A stretch of DNA of 28,815 nucleotides from an uncultured archaeon (GTDB lineage Archaea; Asgardarchaeota; Heimdallarchaeia; Heimdallarchaeales; Heimdallarchaeaceae). The position numbers and the translations under genes were made by a program. The notes beneath the pieces were generated by a model. The model was given only the letters and a program-made list of their open reading frames with translations, was not told the DNA's origin and made no database searches. The stretch lies in contig CAZJUB010000001.1 of the NCBI GenBank assembly GCA_964549075.1, forward strand, positions 1-28,815, in the 5' to 3' direction. Positions within the stretch are counted from its first letter, which is position 1. The number at the start of each line of letters is the position of its first letter. Positions 7,942 to 17,431 of the stretch are shown here, in pieces.

Positions 7942-9408
7942 TTATTTGTAATATTCTTCTAGTTTTTTATATGGTGCTCTTTCACCGGTAAGATATTCTT
8001 CATGAACATCAATATATTTTCTTATGATAAGATAGCCTATTATGAAGAATAATAGAAGTGGAGTTAATGCTATAGCATATGAGTTTGGAATACTTAATCC
8101 TAAAGATCCACCTAAACCTAAAAATCCAAGGAACATCAAAGGACTTACTATTGCACTTACTCTTCCCGCGATTTGTTTAAATCCTTGATACTGTGTAACC
8201 TTATCAGGAGGAGCAACCTCGAAAACAAATTGTCTTCCTATTATCCAAAGACCTCCGAATCCAACACCTATAAAAAACGCAACTGGGAACATAATTTGCC
8301 ATGGTAAAATATGTGTGCCATTGACTTCAATACAGGCTAATACTGCGATAATAACAGCGATAAACCAAGCAACAATATTGATAACAAAATTTTTCTTTGG
8401 TCCCCATTTATCAAGAAGAAGACCAACTATGATAGCTCCAATCATTGATAGTAAACCACCTATAGCAATAATATAGAGTGCTTGTGAGGGATTTGCTCCT
8501 GCTCCATCTATCATCACTAACTGCATATAAAGTATAGTTGTATTTGCAGCATCAGTAACGAAAAACCAGCCTAAAATAAAGAATAATGCGTTTTTATTTT
8601 TGGAAGCAAAAATTTCTTTGAAAGTTTGTTTATAATTTCCTAGTGCTAGTCTAACATTTTTATGGAATCCATTTTGATTTGGATTAATTTTTTCTTTACT
8701 GAAAAGAAACGGAAGAGCAAACAGTAGAATCCCTGCGACCACCATAGGAATTAGATAGAAAAGACCTGTATATTCAATGGTCGGTCCAGGATTTAGTATA
8801 CGGTTCCCAAGTTCTGATACTCCACTAAAAATCGATTCTGGTTCGCTAAAATGTTCCCAAATGCCAAAACTATCATTGTATGCAACCATTGATAAAATAA
8901 TCCCAGCAAAAGTACCTAGAAAGCTTAAAGATCCCGAAATACCTGAAGCTTTACCTCTTTCCTCTGTTTTAGAAATAAAAGGAATCATTGAATCGTAAAA
9001 CATTCTACCAACTTGGTAAGAAAAGTTTGCAAAAACAAACAATACACATAACCACCAGAAATTCATCCAAACCATAAACAACAAAGTAGAACCACACATC
9101 ACAGATGCTGCAATAATAACAGCTGGTTTTCGTCTTCCTAAAGTGTCACTTAATGCACCTATGACTGGTCCCAAAATAGCTACTAAAAGATTCGAAAAAG
9201 CCATAAAAGCTGACATTAAAGCAAAAGCTGTAAAGTAATCAGTTATTCCATTTTGATAAGCAAGGAGTAACACTAATGGTTGAAAAACTATACTAAGAAT
9301 CCCCTGACTGAATAAAGTATCAGCTGCATCATAACTACTCCATAAGAAAATATTTCTCATTTTAGTATCTTTAGCTTCAATAACACTAATATCCATTGTT
9401 TCACTCAT
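7942..9408 (-). CDS. MFS transporter, UMF1/Atg22/BtlA-like
   Basis: About 12 hydrophobic segments, W..YD.A N-terminal motif, GALSDTLGRRK motif A, FYDSMIP...EERGKASG, second-half LLDKWGPKK. Confidence 0.9.
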   Translation of the reverse strand: MSETMDISVIEAKDTKMRNIFLWSSYDAADTLFSQGILSIVFQPLVLLLAYQNGITDYFTAFALMSAFMAFSNLLVAILGPVIGALSDTLGRRKPAVIIAASVMCGSTLLFMVWMNFWWLCVLFVFANFSYQVGRMFYDSMIPFISKTEERGKASGISGSLSFLGTFAGIILSMVAYNDSFGIWEHFSEPESIFSGVSELGNRILNPGPTIEYTGLFYLIPMVVAGILLFALPFLFSKEKINPNQNGFHKNVRLALGNYKQTFKEIFASKNKNALFFILGWFFVTDAANTTILYMQLVMIDGAGANPSQALYIIAIGGLLSMIGAIIVGLLLDKWGPKKNFVINIVAWFIAVIIAVLACIEVNGTHILPWQIMFPVAFFIGVGFGGLWIIGRQFVFEVAPPDKVTQYQGFKQIAGRVSAIVSPLMFLGFLGLGGSLGLSIPNSYAIALTPLLLFFIIGYLIIRKYIDVHEEYLTGERAPYKKLEEYYK

Positions 9409-9413
9409 AACAA

Positions 9414-9540
9414 TCTAGCAATTGCTCTTTTTGACTTGTATATAAACATTCATTCGAAACGTACAGGACATCAAATAATTCAAACTAATAGTGATGATTG
9501 CTAGATAGATGATTAAATTGCTAGAAAAGTCTATAAATAA
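9414..9540. promoter_or_regulatory. Divergent promoter region with three ATTGCTAGA copies and TATA boxes
   Basis: ATTGCTAGA at 9497-9505 and 9517-9525 (+) and 9414-9422 (-). BRE/TATA-like AAAAGTCTATAAATA at 9525-9539, 26 nt before ATG 9566. Minus-strand TTTATATA near 9439-9446. Confidence 0.5.
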
Positions 9541-9565
9541 TAAATTCATTAATAGGTTGGTTTTA

Positions 9566-10702
9566 ATGAATATTCTCGGAATCGAAAGTAGAAAGGGAGA
9601 AACAGTATTTGATTACATTGAAATGTTTGAATATCCACATGGAACGACAGAAAAATTACCAATTTGTATAATAGAAGGTGATGAAGCAGGACCAACCTTT
9701 CTTTTTACTGGTAACATTCATGGCAATGAGCTACATGGTTTGGTAGCATTACAAGAGATAATTCAAGAGATAGATCCAACAAAAGTCAAAGGAAAAATAA
9801 TCATAGTCCCTACGTTAAATCCAGCTGGATTGCTTACATTGAAAAGATCACCTTTCTATATAAGAGCTGATCCAAACAGATTATGGCCTGATCCTAAACC
9901 TAAGAAAGAATCAAGACTAAAATATGTTGATCTTTATGATGATAATCTTGATTCTACCAAGTATCCTAATATACAAGAAATTTTTTACACAAGATTTTCA
10001 AACATACTTTCAGAAATTGATTATTTTGCTGATTTGCACTGTCATGCTATTGGTTCCTTACCATTTTCTTATTTAGATAGAGTGTATTTTGATGAGGATA
10101 TAGAAGGAGCAAAAGAAGAAGCAGAAAAATTGTATGAAAAAACAAAGGGATTAGTCGAAGCTTTTGGGTTAACTATTGTAATTGAAAGTCCTCCAAAGCA
10201 TTATTTTGATTCTAAATTACAAAGGTCGACAACTGGAAGTTTTGTAAATAAATTCAGAAAACCAGGTTTCACAGTAGAATTAGGCGCTGCAGATTATGTT
10301 GATATCGAGCTTGTTAGAATCGCTAAGAAAGGAATTTGGAACGTTCTAAAATATACAGGAATTTTAGAAGGAGACATTGAACCAATTAAGAAGGTTCCTG
10401 TATTGAAAGATAATTTATGGAGAGAGATAAAAATACGATCATCCACTTCTGGATATTATATTCCTATAGTTAAATGTGGTGAAATGATTGAAAAAGGCGA
10501 TCCTATCTTTGAAATAAGAGATATTTTTGGAAACATCAAAGAAACGATTATCTCAGTTCATAAAGGAACAATTCTTGGGATCTGGAATGATATTATATGT
10601 TATCCAAACAGTGAACTAGCTTCATATTTAATAGAAAATGATATTGATGTTGTTCTTCCTTGGGAATATGAGAAAAAAGATGAAGGAGAGAAGAGTGAAT
10701 AA
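9566..10702 (+). CDS. Succinylglutamate desuccinylase/aspartoacylase family (M14-like) deacylase
   Basis: GNIHGNELHG Zn motif, PTLNP.G, DPNRLWP, DLHC, FTVELG, C-terminal biotinyl-like region. Start moved from 9509 to ATG 9566 because a TATA box lies between them. Confidence 0.9.
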   Translation: MNILGIESRKGETVFDYIEMFEYPHGTTEKLPICIIEGDEAGPTFLFTGNIHGNELHGLVALQEIIQEIDPTKVKGKIIIVPTLNPAGLLTLKRSPFYIRADPNRLWPDPKPKKESRLKYVDLYDDNLDSTKYPNIQEIFYTRFSNILSEIDYFADLHCHAIGSLPFSYLDRVYFDEDIEGAKEEAEKLYEKTKGLVEAFGLTIVIESPPKHYFDSKLQRSTTGSFVNKFRKPGFTVELGAADYVDIELVRIAKKGIWNVLKYTGILEGDIEPIKKVPVLKDNLWREIKIRSSTSGYYIPIVKCGEMIEKGDPIFEIRDIFGNIKETIISVHKGTILGIWNDIICYPNSELASYLIENDIDVVLPWEYEKKDEGEKSE

Positions 10703-10705
10703 ATC

Positions 10706-11386
10706 TTAATCTTCTTCTAGTTCTAAAGTAACAACTTCATGAGTTGGTAGGCTATTCTTGAAATCTTCTAAAAAGGACAGATTTCCTATACCTCGTCCCA
10801 CATGCATTGCAATAGTAATTTTCGCATCAATCGCTTTTGCTGCTTCAACTGCTTCTTCGACATCCATAACATAAGTACCAGAGATAGGGATAAGAGCAAT
10901 TTCTGGTCTCAAATTATTCATTTCTGGTATTTTATCTGCATCTCCAGCATGGTAAATTGTTACACCATCAATATCTAAGATAGGACCAATATGTCCAGAT
11001 TCTTTAGGATGAAAAGGAGTCTTAGTTGCAGGATCTCTGAATCTGTGTATGTTGTAAGCTGCAATAGCAGAAACATTGATACCTTCAATTTCGAGAGAAT
11101 CACCTGGATTGAGTTCCATAATTTTCTGTTTCTTATTTATTTTCTCTTTAAAAATCTCTTGTACTATTTTAGGACCAATAAGTATTGTCTGATCGGAAGA
11201 AATTTCATTTATAGCATCAGGATTACAATGATCGAAATGTTCGTGACTTGAGATGACAATATCAGCTTTTGGAAGGTTTGATTTGCCTAGTTTATATGGG
11301 TCAAGATAAATATTCTTCCCTTTAGCTTCTATCCAAAACGCATCATGTCCTAACCAATGGATCTTAATATCTTTATATTCATACAT
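10706..11386 (-). CDS. MBL-fold metallo-hydrolase (UPF0173/UlaG-like)
   Basis: IHWLGHD.F, YLDPY, SHEHFDH, IYHAGD, ALIPISGTYVM, AMH. Confidence 0.92.
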   Translation of the reverse strand: MYEYKDIKIHWLGHDAFWIEAKGKNIYLDPYKLGKSNLPKADIVISSHEHFDHCNPDAINEISSDQTILIGPKIVQEIFKEKINKKQKIMELNPGDSLEIEGINVSAIAAYNIHRFRDPATKTPFHPKESGHIGPILDIDGVTIYHAGDADKIPEMNNLRPEIALIPISGTYVMDVEEAVEAAKAIDAKITIAMHVGRGIGNLSFLEDFKNSLPTHEVVTLELEED

Positions 11387-11513
11387 ATGTTATCGTATTT
11401 AACTTAAAATTCCTCTTATATAGATTTTATGTGTTAATTTTTTAGATGCTGAAATAAATCGTTTTCTAATAATAGTAAAAAATTAAATATTTTAAAAAAA
11501 TAAACAAAAGAGG

Positions 11514-13049
11514 TCAATATACTCGTTTTTCATTAACAAAAACAAAAACTTCTTCAGGAGTAATATAACCTGTTAGTAAATCTCCTACTTTCATCTCTTT
11601 ATATTTTTCAGTCTGTTCCTCAAAATCCACAAGAATTATAGTATCATCCTTAAGTGTTCCAGTAATTTTAACTTCAGTTCCTAAATACTCAATTGTGTGA
11701 ATTTTAAATTCAATAGGACTATCTGTTCTTTCATGAAGACTTATAACTTCTGGTCTTACTATGAGATTTACTTCTGCTCCAATTTCTAGTGGCTGTTTAG
11801 TTACTATTTTCACAGTTTCTCCACCGACTAATTCAACCTTATCGGAAGCAACTATTTTTCCTTTTAGTGTACTTGAACTGCCAATAAACTGTCCAACAAA
11901 GAGTGTTTGAGGATCCGTAAAAACTTCTGTTGGTGTACCATATTGTTCAATAAATCCGATGTTCATCACAGCAATTCTATCACTAATAGCTAGTGCCTCT
12001 GCTTGATCATGGGTAACATAAATAGCAGTCATTCCTATTTTCTTGATGATAGAACGAATCTCAGTTCGCAATTCTTTTCTAAGCTTCGCATCTAAGTTGC
12101 TTAGAGGTTCATCACACAAAAGAACATCAGGTTCAACGACAATACTTCTTGCAAGAGCTATTCTCTGTTGTTGGCCACCAGAAAGTTCAGTAGGATTTTT
12201 ATCTATTTGATCAGCAAGATGTACTAGTTCTAGAACTTCTTGTACTTTCTCTCTTCGAAATTCAAAAGCAGAATCTTTAGAAGCTTTATAATTTAGATAT
12301 TTTGCTTTTCTATTCACCCAAAAATAAGGTTTTGTCAGCCATAAGAAACGCAAATGGAGTGGTGTTCTTATTGTTTTTCTTTCTTCCTTTGTTTTTTTCT
12401 TAGGTAACCAATCAGGAAGCTTTTTCACTGTAAATTCGAAATGATTCCTTATTGCTAATCTTAAGGCTCCAAGAAGGAACTTTGCATTAGCTTCTTTCGT
12501 TTCTATAAAAACTAATGAAGCAAAGAAGGTTTTAATTGCAATTTCTGGAATATCAAGAGGTCCTCGAATATCATCTAAAGTTAAAATCCAAACTTCTTTA
12601 ACATTTTTACCAGAAACAAATTTTTCCATCTTTTCAGCAAGTTGAACCAAATCTTCTTTAGCACCATATTTCATATAAGAGGTAGACTCAATTATCCCAT
12701 CTGAATTGATTTTCATGTTATAAACAATTTTATGTTTTAACCTTAGTTTGAGACCATATTCGACATTTTTAAAAATCGATAGATGTGGCCAGAGAGCGTA
12801 ATTCTGAAAAATCATTGCAGTATTACGTCTCTGAGGAGGAAGGATTGTCACTTCTTTCTCTCCAATAAATATTCTACCTTCAAAAGGTTCTACAAAACCA
12901 GCTAACGAACGAAGAAGTGTAGATTTCCCACAACCTGATGGGCCTAACAATGTAGTAATTTCTCCATCAGGTACATTTAGAGTAACACCTTTGATTGCAA
13001 TAAAATCATCATAAGCAATCTTTACGTTTTCATACTTCACAGAAACCAT
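11514..13049 (-). CDS. ABC transporter ATP-binding protein (PotA/FbpC/MalK-like, TOBE domain) with a large internal insertion
   Basis: Walker A GPSGCGKST, Q-loop FQNYALWPH, LSGGQQQR, Walker B LLCDEPLSNLD, YVTHDQ, C-terminal TOBE-like region. About 155 extra residues between YGLKLR and EKVQEVL. Confidence 0.9.
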   Translation of the reverse strand: MVSVKYENVKIAYDDFIAIKGVTLNVPDGEITTLLGPSGCGKSTLLRSLAGFVEPFEGRIFIGEKEVTILPPQRRNTAMIFQNYALWPHLSIFKNVEYGLKLRLKHKIVYNMKINSDGIIESTSYMKYGAKEDLVQLAEKMEKFVSGKNVKEVWILTLDDIRGPLDIPEIAIKTFFASLVFIETKEANAKFLLGALRLAIRNHFEFTVKKLPDWLPKKKTKEERKTIRTPLHLRFLWLTKPYFWVNRKAKYLNYKASKDSAFEFRREKVQEVLELVHLADQIDKNPTELSGGQQQRIALARSIVVEPDVLLCDEPLSNLDAKLRKELRTEIRSIIKKIGMTAIYVTHDQAEALAISDRIAVMNIGFIEQYGTPTEVFTDPQTLFVGQFIGSSSTLKGKIVASDKVELVGGETVKIVTKQPLEIGAEVNLIVRPEVISLHERTDSPIEFKIHTIEYLGTEVKITGTLKDDTIILVDFEEQTEKYKEMKVGDLLTGYITPEEVFVFVNEKRVY

Positions 13050-13174
13050 TTATCTCAACCTTAATGACTTAATAGATGGTTAAAACTTAAGTATAAAAAT
13101 TTTGTCTGAAAAACATAAAACAGAAAACATCATTTTCTAGAAATACTTTTGATTGGTTAAACACATCTAAACTC

Positions 13175-14140
13175 ATGTATTACCTTTCAGATGATATTCT
13201 CTTATTAGAATGCAAAAATGAAGAGAAACTTTCAAGGGGTATGGGAGCAGTCAATACTTTGATAGTATTAAGTCCAGAAGAGTTACTTGTAATTGATCCT
13301 GGTGTTTGGACCTATCAATATAAAATAATGAAAAAATTACATAAGAGAGAAATAATTGATTTTTCAAAAATCGAAAAAGTTTGTATAACGCATCAACACT
13401 GGGATCATTCTACTTTTGCCTGTTATTTTCAAAGGAAGTTCGGTGCAAAAATCCTATCACACAGTGAAGAAAAGGAAGCTTTGGAAGATGAAACGATTAT
13501 GCTAAAAAATTTCTTCAGAGGATATAAATTTCTCAAATATGAATTAGAGAGATACCCATTATGGATTATGAGAAAAGCAATTCACTTTCTTTGGGGAAAA
13601 TATCAAGGAGTAAAAATAGATCAAACACTCAAAGATGGAGACAAATTAGACCACACAATTTCTGTTCAAGTGGTAGAACTGCCAGGTCACACTATAGGGA
13701 ACATAGGATTCTATTTTCCAACAGAGAGGATACTAGCAGCAGGTGATTTAATAGACTTAGAAACAGGGATAGGATTCGATTTGAACAGCCCTCTATCATG
13801 TTTTGAAACTGCAAAAAAATCAATTGAAAAGTTAATTAGTATGCAAATAGAGACTTTTATCTCTGGACATGGTAAAATAGTTCAAGGAGTACAAGAATGC
13901 AATGCACTTTTCGAAAAGAAAATCAGGAAGTCTATTAATCTTCGAGAAAAAATCATTGAAGTATTATCTGAAAAAGAATGCTCATTAAAAGAGTTAATTG
14001 CTAAAGTAACACAAAAGAAAAGTATTATTGAGTATCTTCTGAACAAGCACGTGTTTTATTGCTATTTAGAAAGTATTGATAGAGAAAAATCCATTGAGTT
14101 TCGAAAAAAAGGAAAAAAAACGCTAATGAAAATAGTATAA
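13175..14140 (+). CDS. MBL-fold metallo-hydrolase (glyoxalase II-like) with probable C-terminal winged helix
   Basis: VIDPG, THQHWDH, LPGHT.G, AGDL, SGHG. Confidence 0.88.
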   Translation: MYYLSDDILLLECKNEEKLSRGMGAVNTLIVLSPEELLVIDPGVWTYQYKIMKKLHKREIIDFSKIEKVCITHQHWDHSTFACYFQRKFGAKILSHSEEKEALEDETIMLKNFFRGYKFLKYELERYPLWIMRKAIHFLWGKYQGVKIDQTLKDGDKLDHTISVQVVELPGHTIGNIGFYFPTERILAAGDLIDLETGIGFDLNSPLSCFETAKKSIEKLISMQIETFISGHGKIVQGVQECNALFEKKIRKSINLREKIIEVLSEKECSLKELIAKVTQKKSIIEYLLNKHVFYCYLESIDREKSIEFRKKGKKTLMKIV

Positions 14141-14210
14141 GGATTAATTCGATATAACAAAAATTAAAAAGCAATTAAGGGGTTATGGATACAGATAAAG
14201 AGGTGTCTTT

Positions 14211-15446
14211 ATGGTAAAAAGAAACCCAAGTAAATTTCTAAAAGACGAATACAAACAAATTCAAGCTGAAGGACGAGAATGGGTCCATCGTAAGTTAGAA
14301 ACTCCTTCAGTGCCAAGAGTAATAGTTGATGGAAAAGAATTATTGATGTTATGTTCAAATAATTATTTGAATCTAAGCAATCACCCTCATTTAAAGAAGA
14401 AAGCTATTGAAGCTGTGGAAAAATTAGGAGCTGGTTCAGGATCAGTTCGTGCAATAGCTGGGAATATGGCCATTCATGAAGAATGGGAACGAAAACATGC
14501 AGACTTTAAAGAGCAAGAAGCTTCAATGGTTTGGATGTCAGGATTCATTGCTAACGAAGGTGCTATTCCGCCACTAGTTAGAAAAGACGATTTTATTCTG
14601 AGTGATCAACTCAACCATGGTTCAATTATCGATGGTGTAAGATTGACTAAGACTCAGAGACATGTATATGAACACACAGACTTAGGTAGTCTTGAGGAAA
14701 AACTCAAAGAGATTGATTCTCTAGATCCTAATGGAGAAAAACGTATTTTGCTCATCACAGATGGTGTATTTTCTATGGATGGGGATATGGCTCCTTTGGA
14801 TGGCATCCAGAAACTTGCAGATGAATATGGAGCAATGATCTATGTAGATGATGCACATGGAGATGGAGTTCTAGGCCGTAACAGGAAAGGAAAAGGTATT
14901 GTAGATCATTTTGGTTTACAAGGTAAAGTCCAAGTAGAAATGAATACTTACAGTAAAGCAATGGGAGTAGTTGGAGGTGCTATTGTAGGTTCTCAAGATT
15001 TGGTTAATTTCCTTAGAAACACCGGTAGATCTTATCTTCTAAGTGGTTCACAACCCCCAGCAGTTGCTGGTGCAGCTATAGGAGCTTTAGAGATATTAGA
15101 TCCTAAATCACCTATGCATGAACCTATTGTAGCTAAGTTGTTGGATAATTGTGATTATTTCAAGAACAGAATCGTTGATATGGGTTATACTCACGAAATA
15201 ACTGCTGCCTCAGCTAAGTGTCCTACAGCCATTGTACCTATCATATGTGGTGAAAATGATGTTGCTAAGAAACTTAGTGACAGACTAGGTGAAGAAGGAA
15301 TATTTGCTCTACCCATAGTTTTCCCAATGGTACCAAAAGGGACAGCAAGAATCAGAGTTATGATGAACGCTGGTCTAAACAAAGAAGATTTAGATTTTGC
15401 TTTGATGAAATTCGAAGATTTAGGAAGAGAATTAAAGATTTTCTAA
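14211..15446 (+). CDS. kbl: Glycine C-acetyltransferase / 8-amino-7-oxononanoate synthase family PLP enzyme
   Basis: CSNNYLNL, GAGSGSVRAIAG, SDQLNHGSIIDG, ITDGVFSMDGD, VDDAHG, TYSKA (PLP Lys), FPMVPKGTARIRV. Shine-Dalgarno-like GAGGTG upstream. kbl versus bioF cannot be settled from sequence alone. Confidence 0.85.
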   Translation: MVKRNPSKFLKDEYKQIQAEGREWVHRKLETPSVPRVIVDGKELLMLCSNNYLNLSNHPHLKKKAIEAVEKLGAGSGSVRAIAGNMAIHEEWERKHADFKEQEASMVWMSGFIANEGAIPPLVRKDDFILSDQLNHGSIIDGVRLTKTQRHVYEHTDLGSLEEKLKEIDSLDPNGEKRILLITDGVFSMDGDMAPLDGIQKLADEYGAMIYVDDAHGDGVLGRNRKGKGIVDHFGLQGKVQVEMNTYSKAMGVVGGAIVGSQDLVNFLRNTGRSYLLSGSQPPAVAGAAIGALEILDPKSPMHEPIVAKLLDNCDYFKNRIVDMGYTHEITAASAKCPTAIVPIICGENDVAKKLSDRLGEEGIFALPIVFPMVPKGTARIRVMMNAGLNKEDLDFALMKFEDLGRELKIF

Positions 15447-15472
15447 TTCTCTATTCTTTTTAATTTTTTATT
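15447..15472 (+). terminator. T-rich terminator after the kbl-like gene
   Basis: TTCTCTATTCTTTTTAATTTTTTATT directly after the stop codon. Confidence 0.5.
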
Positions 15473-15517
15473 AAATCACTGAAAATATTTATAATTATTT
15501 TTACAGTTGGTTAAGTG

Positions 15518-15748
15518 ATGTCTGAAGCAAAAAGGTTTTTCAGAATTTATGGATTAGTTTGTTTGCTTTATGTATTCTTTTATGCGATTGCTCGTTTTTT
15601 TACGGTTGTTTTGTTTAGCTCTGGATGGAGATTTGGCATTTTAGAAAGGGGCTTTGTAGGATTAATTATTGTTATTTTCTTACATTTTTTTTGTAACCAT
15701 AGTAATTCCAAAATCAATTATATTTGTTGGCAAGTTGATATTAGGTAG
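15518..15748 (+). CDS. Possible small membrane protein (doubtful)
   Basis: The only ORF in a ~350-nt gap; two hydrophobic stretches; TTTATAA ~25 nt upstream. The hydrophobicity may simply reflect T-rich DNA. Confidence 0.3.
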   Translation: MSEAKRFFRIYGLVCLLYVFFYAIARFFTVVLFSSGWRFGILERGFVGLIIVIFLHFFCNHSNSKINYICWQVDIR

Positions 15749-15800
15749 GCATAATTGATTTCACAATTCTTAAAAAGTTAGATAATTCAACTGAATTGTA

Positions 15801-16340
15801 ATGGATGAAAACAAAGAGAGAGATTTTAAGGAAAAAATCTTTTTTACTACAGAAAGAGGAAAAAGATTTTTGATGTTCTTTTTAGTGGGAACTGTTGGAT
15901 GGGGTTTGAATTTTCTGCTATTGTATCTCTTAGACGATTATATATTAGGGCATACTTTTATTAAAAACATAAATTACTCTTTATGGATTTTTACAATCGA
16001 TCAAAGTGTAATAGCTTCATTACTATCAATGGTAATTGTTTTCATATTAACGTTCGTAGTCAACAAATTTTGGACATTTAAAGGTCAAGGAGACGAATTT
16101 AATCCAAGCACAATTTTACAGTTCTTACAGTTTACAATTATTGGATTATTTGGTTACGCGATCTACTCTGGAATAAATATGATTTTAGATGGCTCTCTAA
16201 ATTGGAATAAATATCTTGCAATGACTATTGCTTTCTATACAGGCTTAATCAGTAACTTCATCTGGAATGATATTTGGACATTCAATCCTAAACTTATCGA
16301 GAAAAGAAAGAATAGAAGAAATCAAAAGAATTTCGATTGA
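15801..16340 (+). CDS. GtrA family membrane protein (putative lipid-linked sugar flippase)
   Basis: RFLMFFLVG..G...N, F.VNKFWTF, QFLQF, NFIWNDIWTF; four TM helices. Confidence 0.9.
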   Translation: MDENKERDFKEKIFFTTERGKRFLMFFLVGTVGWGLNFLLLYLLDDYILGHTFIKNINYSLWIFTIDQSVIASLLSMVIVFILTFVVNKFWTFKGQGDEFNPSTILQFLQFTIIGLFGYAIYSGINMILDGSLNWNKYLAMTIAFYTGLISNFIWNDIWTFNPKLIEKRKNRRNQKNFD

Positions 16341-16371
16341 CAAAGTGAGTAGGATTTTAGTTAAAGAGCAT

Positions 16372-17340
16372 TTATTGATTGTATAAGTAGCTTAGAGACA
16401 CATTAGGATATTGAGGTGAGAATCTAAGCTTAGGATAATTTTTAGCTGGAAAACGTATCCATAAGTATTTTATTTCACTCTCTTTAAGCGACCTGCCTAC
16501 AAATCTCAAGAGTATTTTTTCTTCTGTCTGAACTGTTATATTGTCAAGTTTTTCGGAAATCATACGTGTATTTGAAATATCAAGTTCGAAGACTTTCATA
16601 GGATAGCTTTTCAATGGAAAGAATGTTGTTTCAAAATGACTTTCATCCAAATCAATTATTAAATAGCCTTTTTCTTCAACAATCTCCATAAAACTCGTTC
16701 TAATTAGTGAACCGATGTATTGAACCTTGTTACTCTGAATTGATTGAGTTCTATGAATATGACCTGAAAGAGTCAGTATCAAATTATCTGGAAAATCTTC
16801 TGTTTTCAAAGTATCTGGTCTATTTCGAAAAATATGATTATGAGGTCCAAAACTTGCTCCATCAAACAGCTGATGACATAAAATTATATATTTTTTTCTT
16901 GGATTGCTAATTATTTTTTCTTTAATTTTCAAGAATGTTTTTTTCGGAGAGGTTAATTCGAATGGGAATCCAATTACACCTACTTCACTAAGTTCTACTT
17001 CAGATATTTTATTCAGAAAATGAATCCTACTTGAAAGATGATTTAGAAGTGTTTCTGGAAGTCTAGATTTATCATGATTTCCAGGAATCGATATGAAATC
17101 GATGTCATATTCAGCGAATTTTTCTAGAATAGTATAAGCTCTTGCTATCAATTCGTTCTTAGGTTGAGATCTATTGAATACATCTCCTCCATGAAGTACA
17201 CAATCAACATTTTCCTTTACTGCAATCTTGAGAACATTTGAAAAAACTTCATATCCCCAATTTATTTGTTCTTTCTTTGATTCTGTAGTCCTCCCATATT
17301 CATAACCAAAATGTGTATCTGAGAGAGCAAGTATCCTCAT
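16372..17340 (-). CDS. Mre11/SbcD-like metallophosphoesterase (nuclease)
   Basis: SDTHFG, GGDVF, PGNHD, CHQ, SGHIH..Q, YIGSL...SF.E..E.KGY motifs. Confidence 0.85.
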   Translation of the reverse strand: MRILALSDTHFGYEYGRTTESKKEQINWGYEVFSNVLKIAVKENVDCVLHGGDVFNRSQPKNELIARAYTILEKFAEYDIDFISIPGNHDKSRLPETLLNHLSSRIHFLNKISEVELSEVGVIGFPFELTSPKKTFLKIKEKIISNPRKKYIILCHQLFDGASFGPHNHIFRNRPDTLKTEDFPDNLILTLSGHIHRTQSIQSNKVQYIGSLIRTSFMEIVEEKGYLIIDLDESHFETTFFPLKSYPMKVFELDISNTRMISEKLDNITVQTEEKILLRFVGRSLKESEIKYLWIRFPAKNYPKLRFSPQYPNVSLSYLYNQ

Positions 17341-17431
17341 CAACTATCACAAAATTTCAAGTTAAGATACTAACAAGAAATGAATATAAAAACAAACAAC
17401 TTTTTTCTCTTTTTAAGAAACTTTTTTTGTA

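Noticed and set aside
9491-9545. Second box C/D RNA starting at GTGATGA 9491
   Set aside because: No CTGA box D at a suitable distance; the region is better explained as a promoter.
12276-12740. Intein in the ABC ATPase
   Set aside because: No intein terminal residues or LAGLIDADG motifs, and the site is a variable loop rather than a conserved motif.
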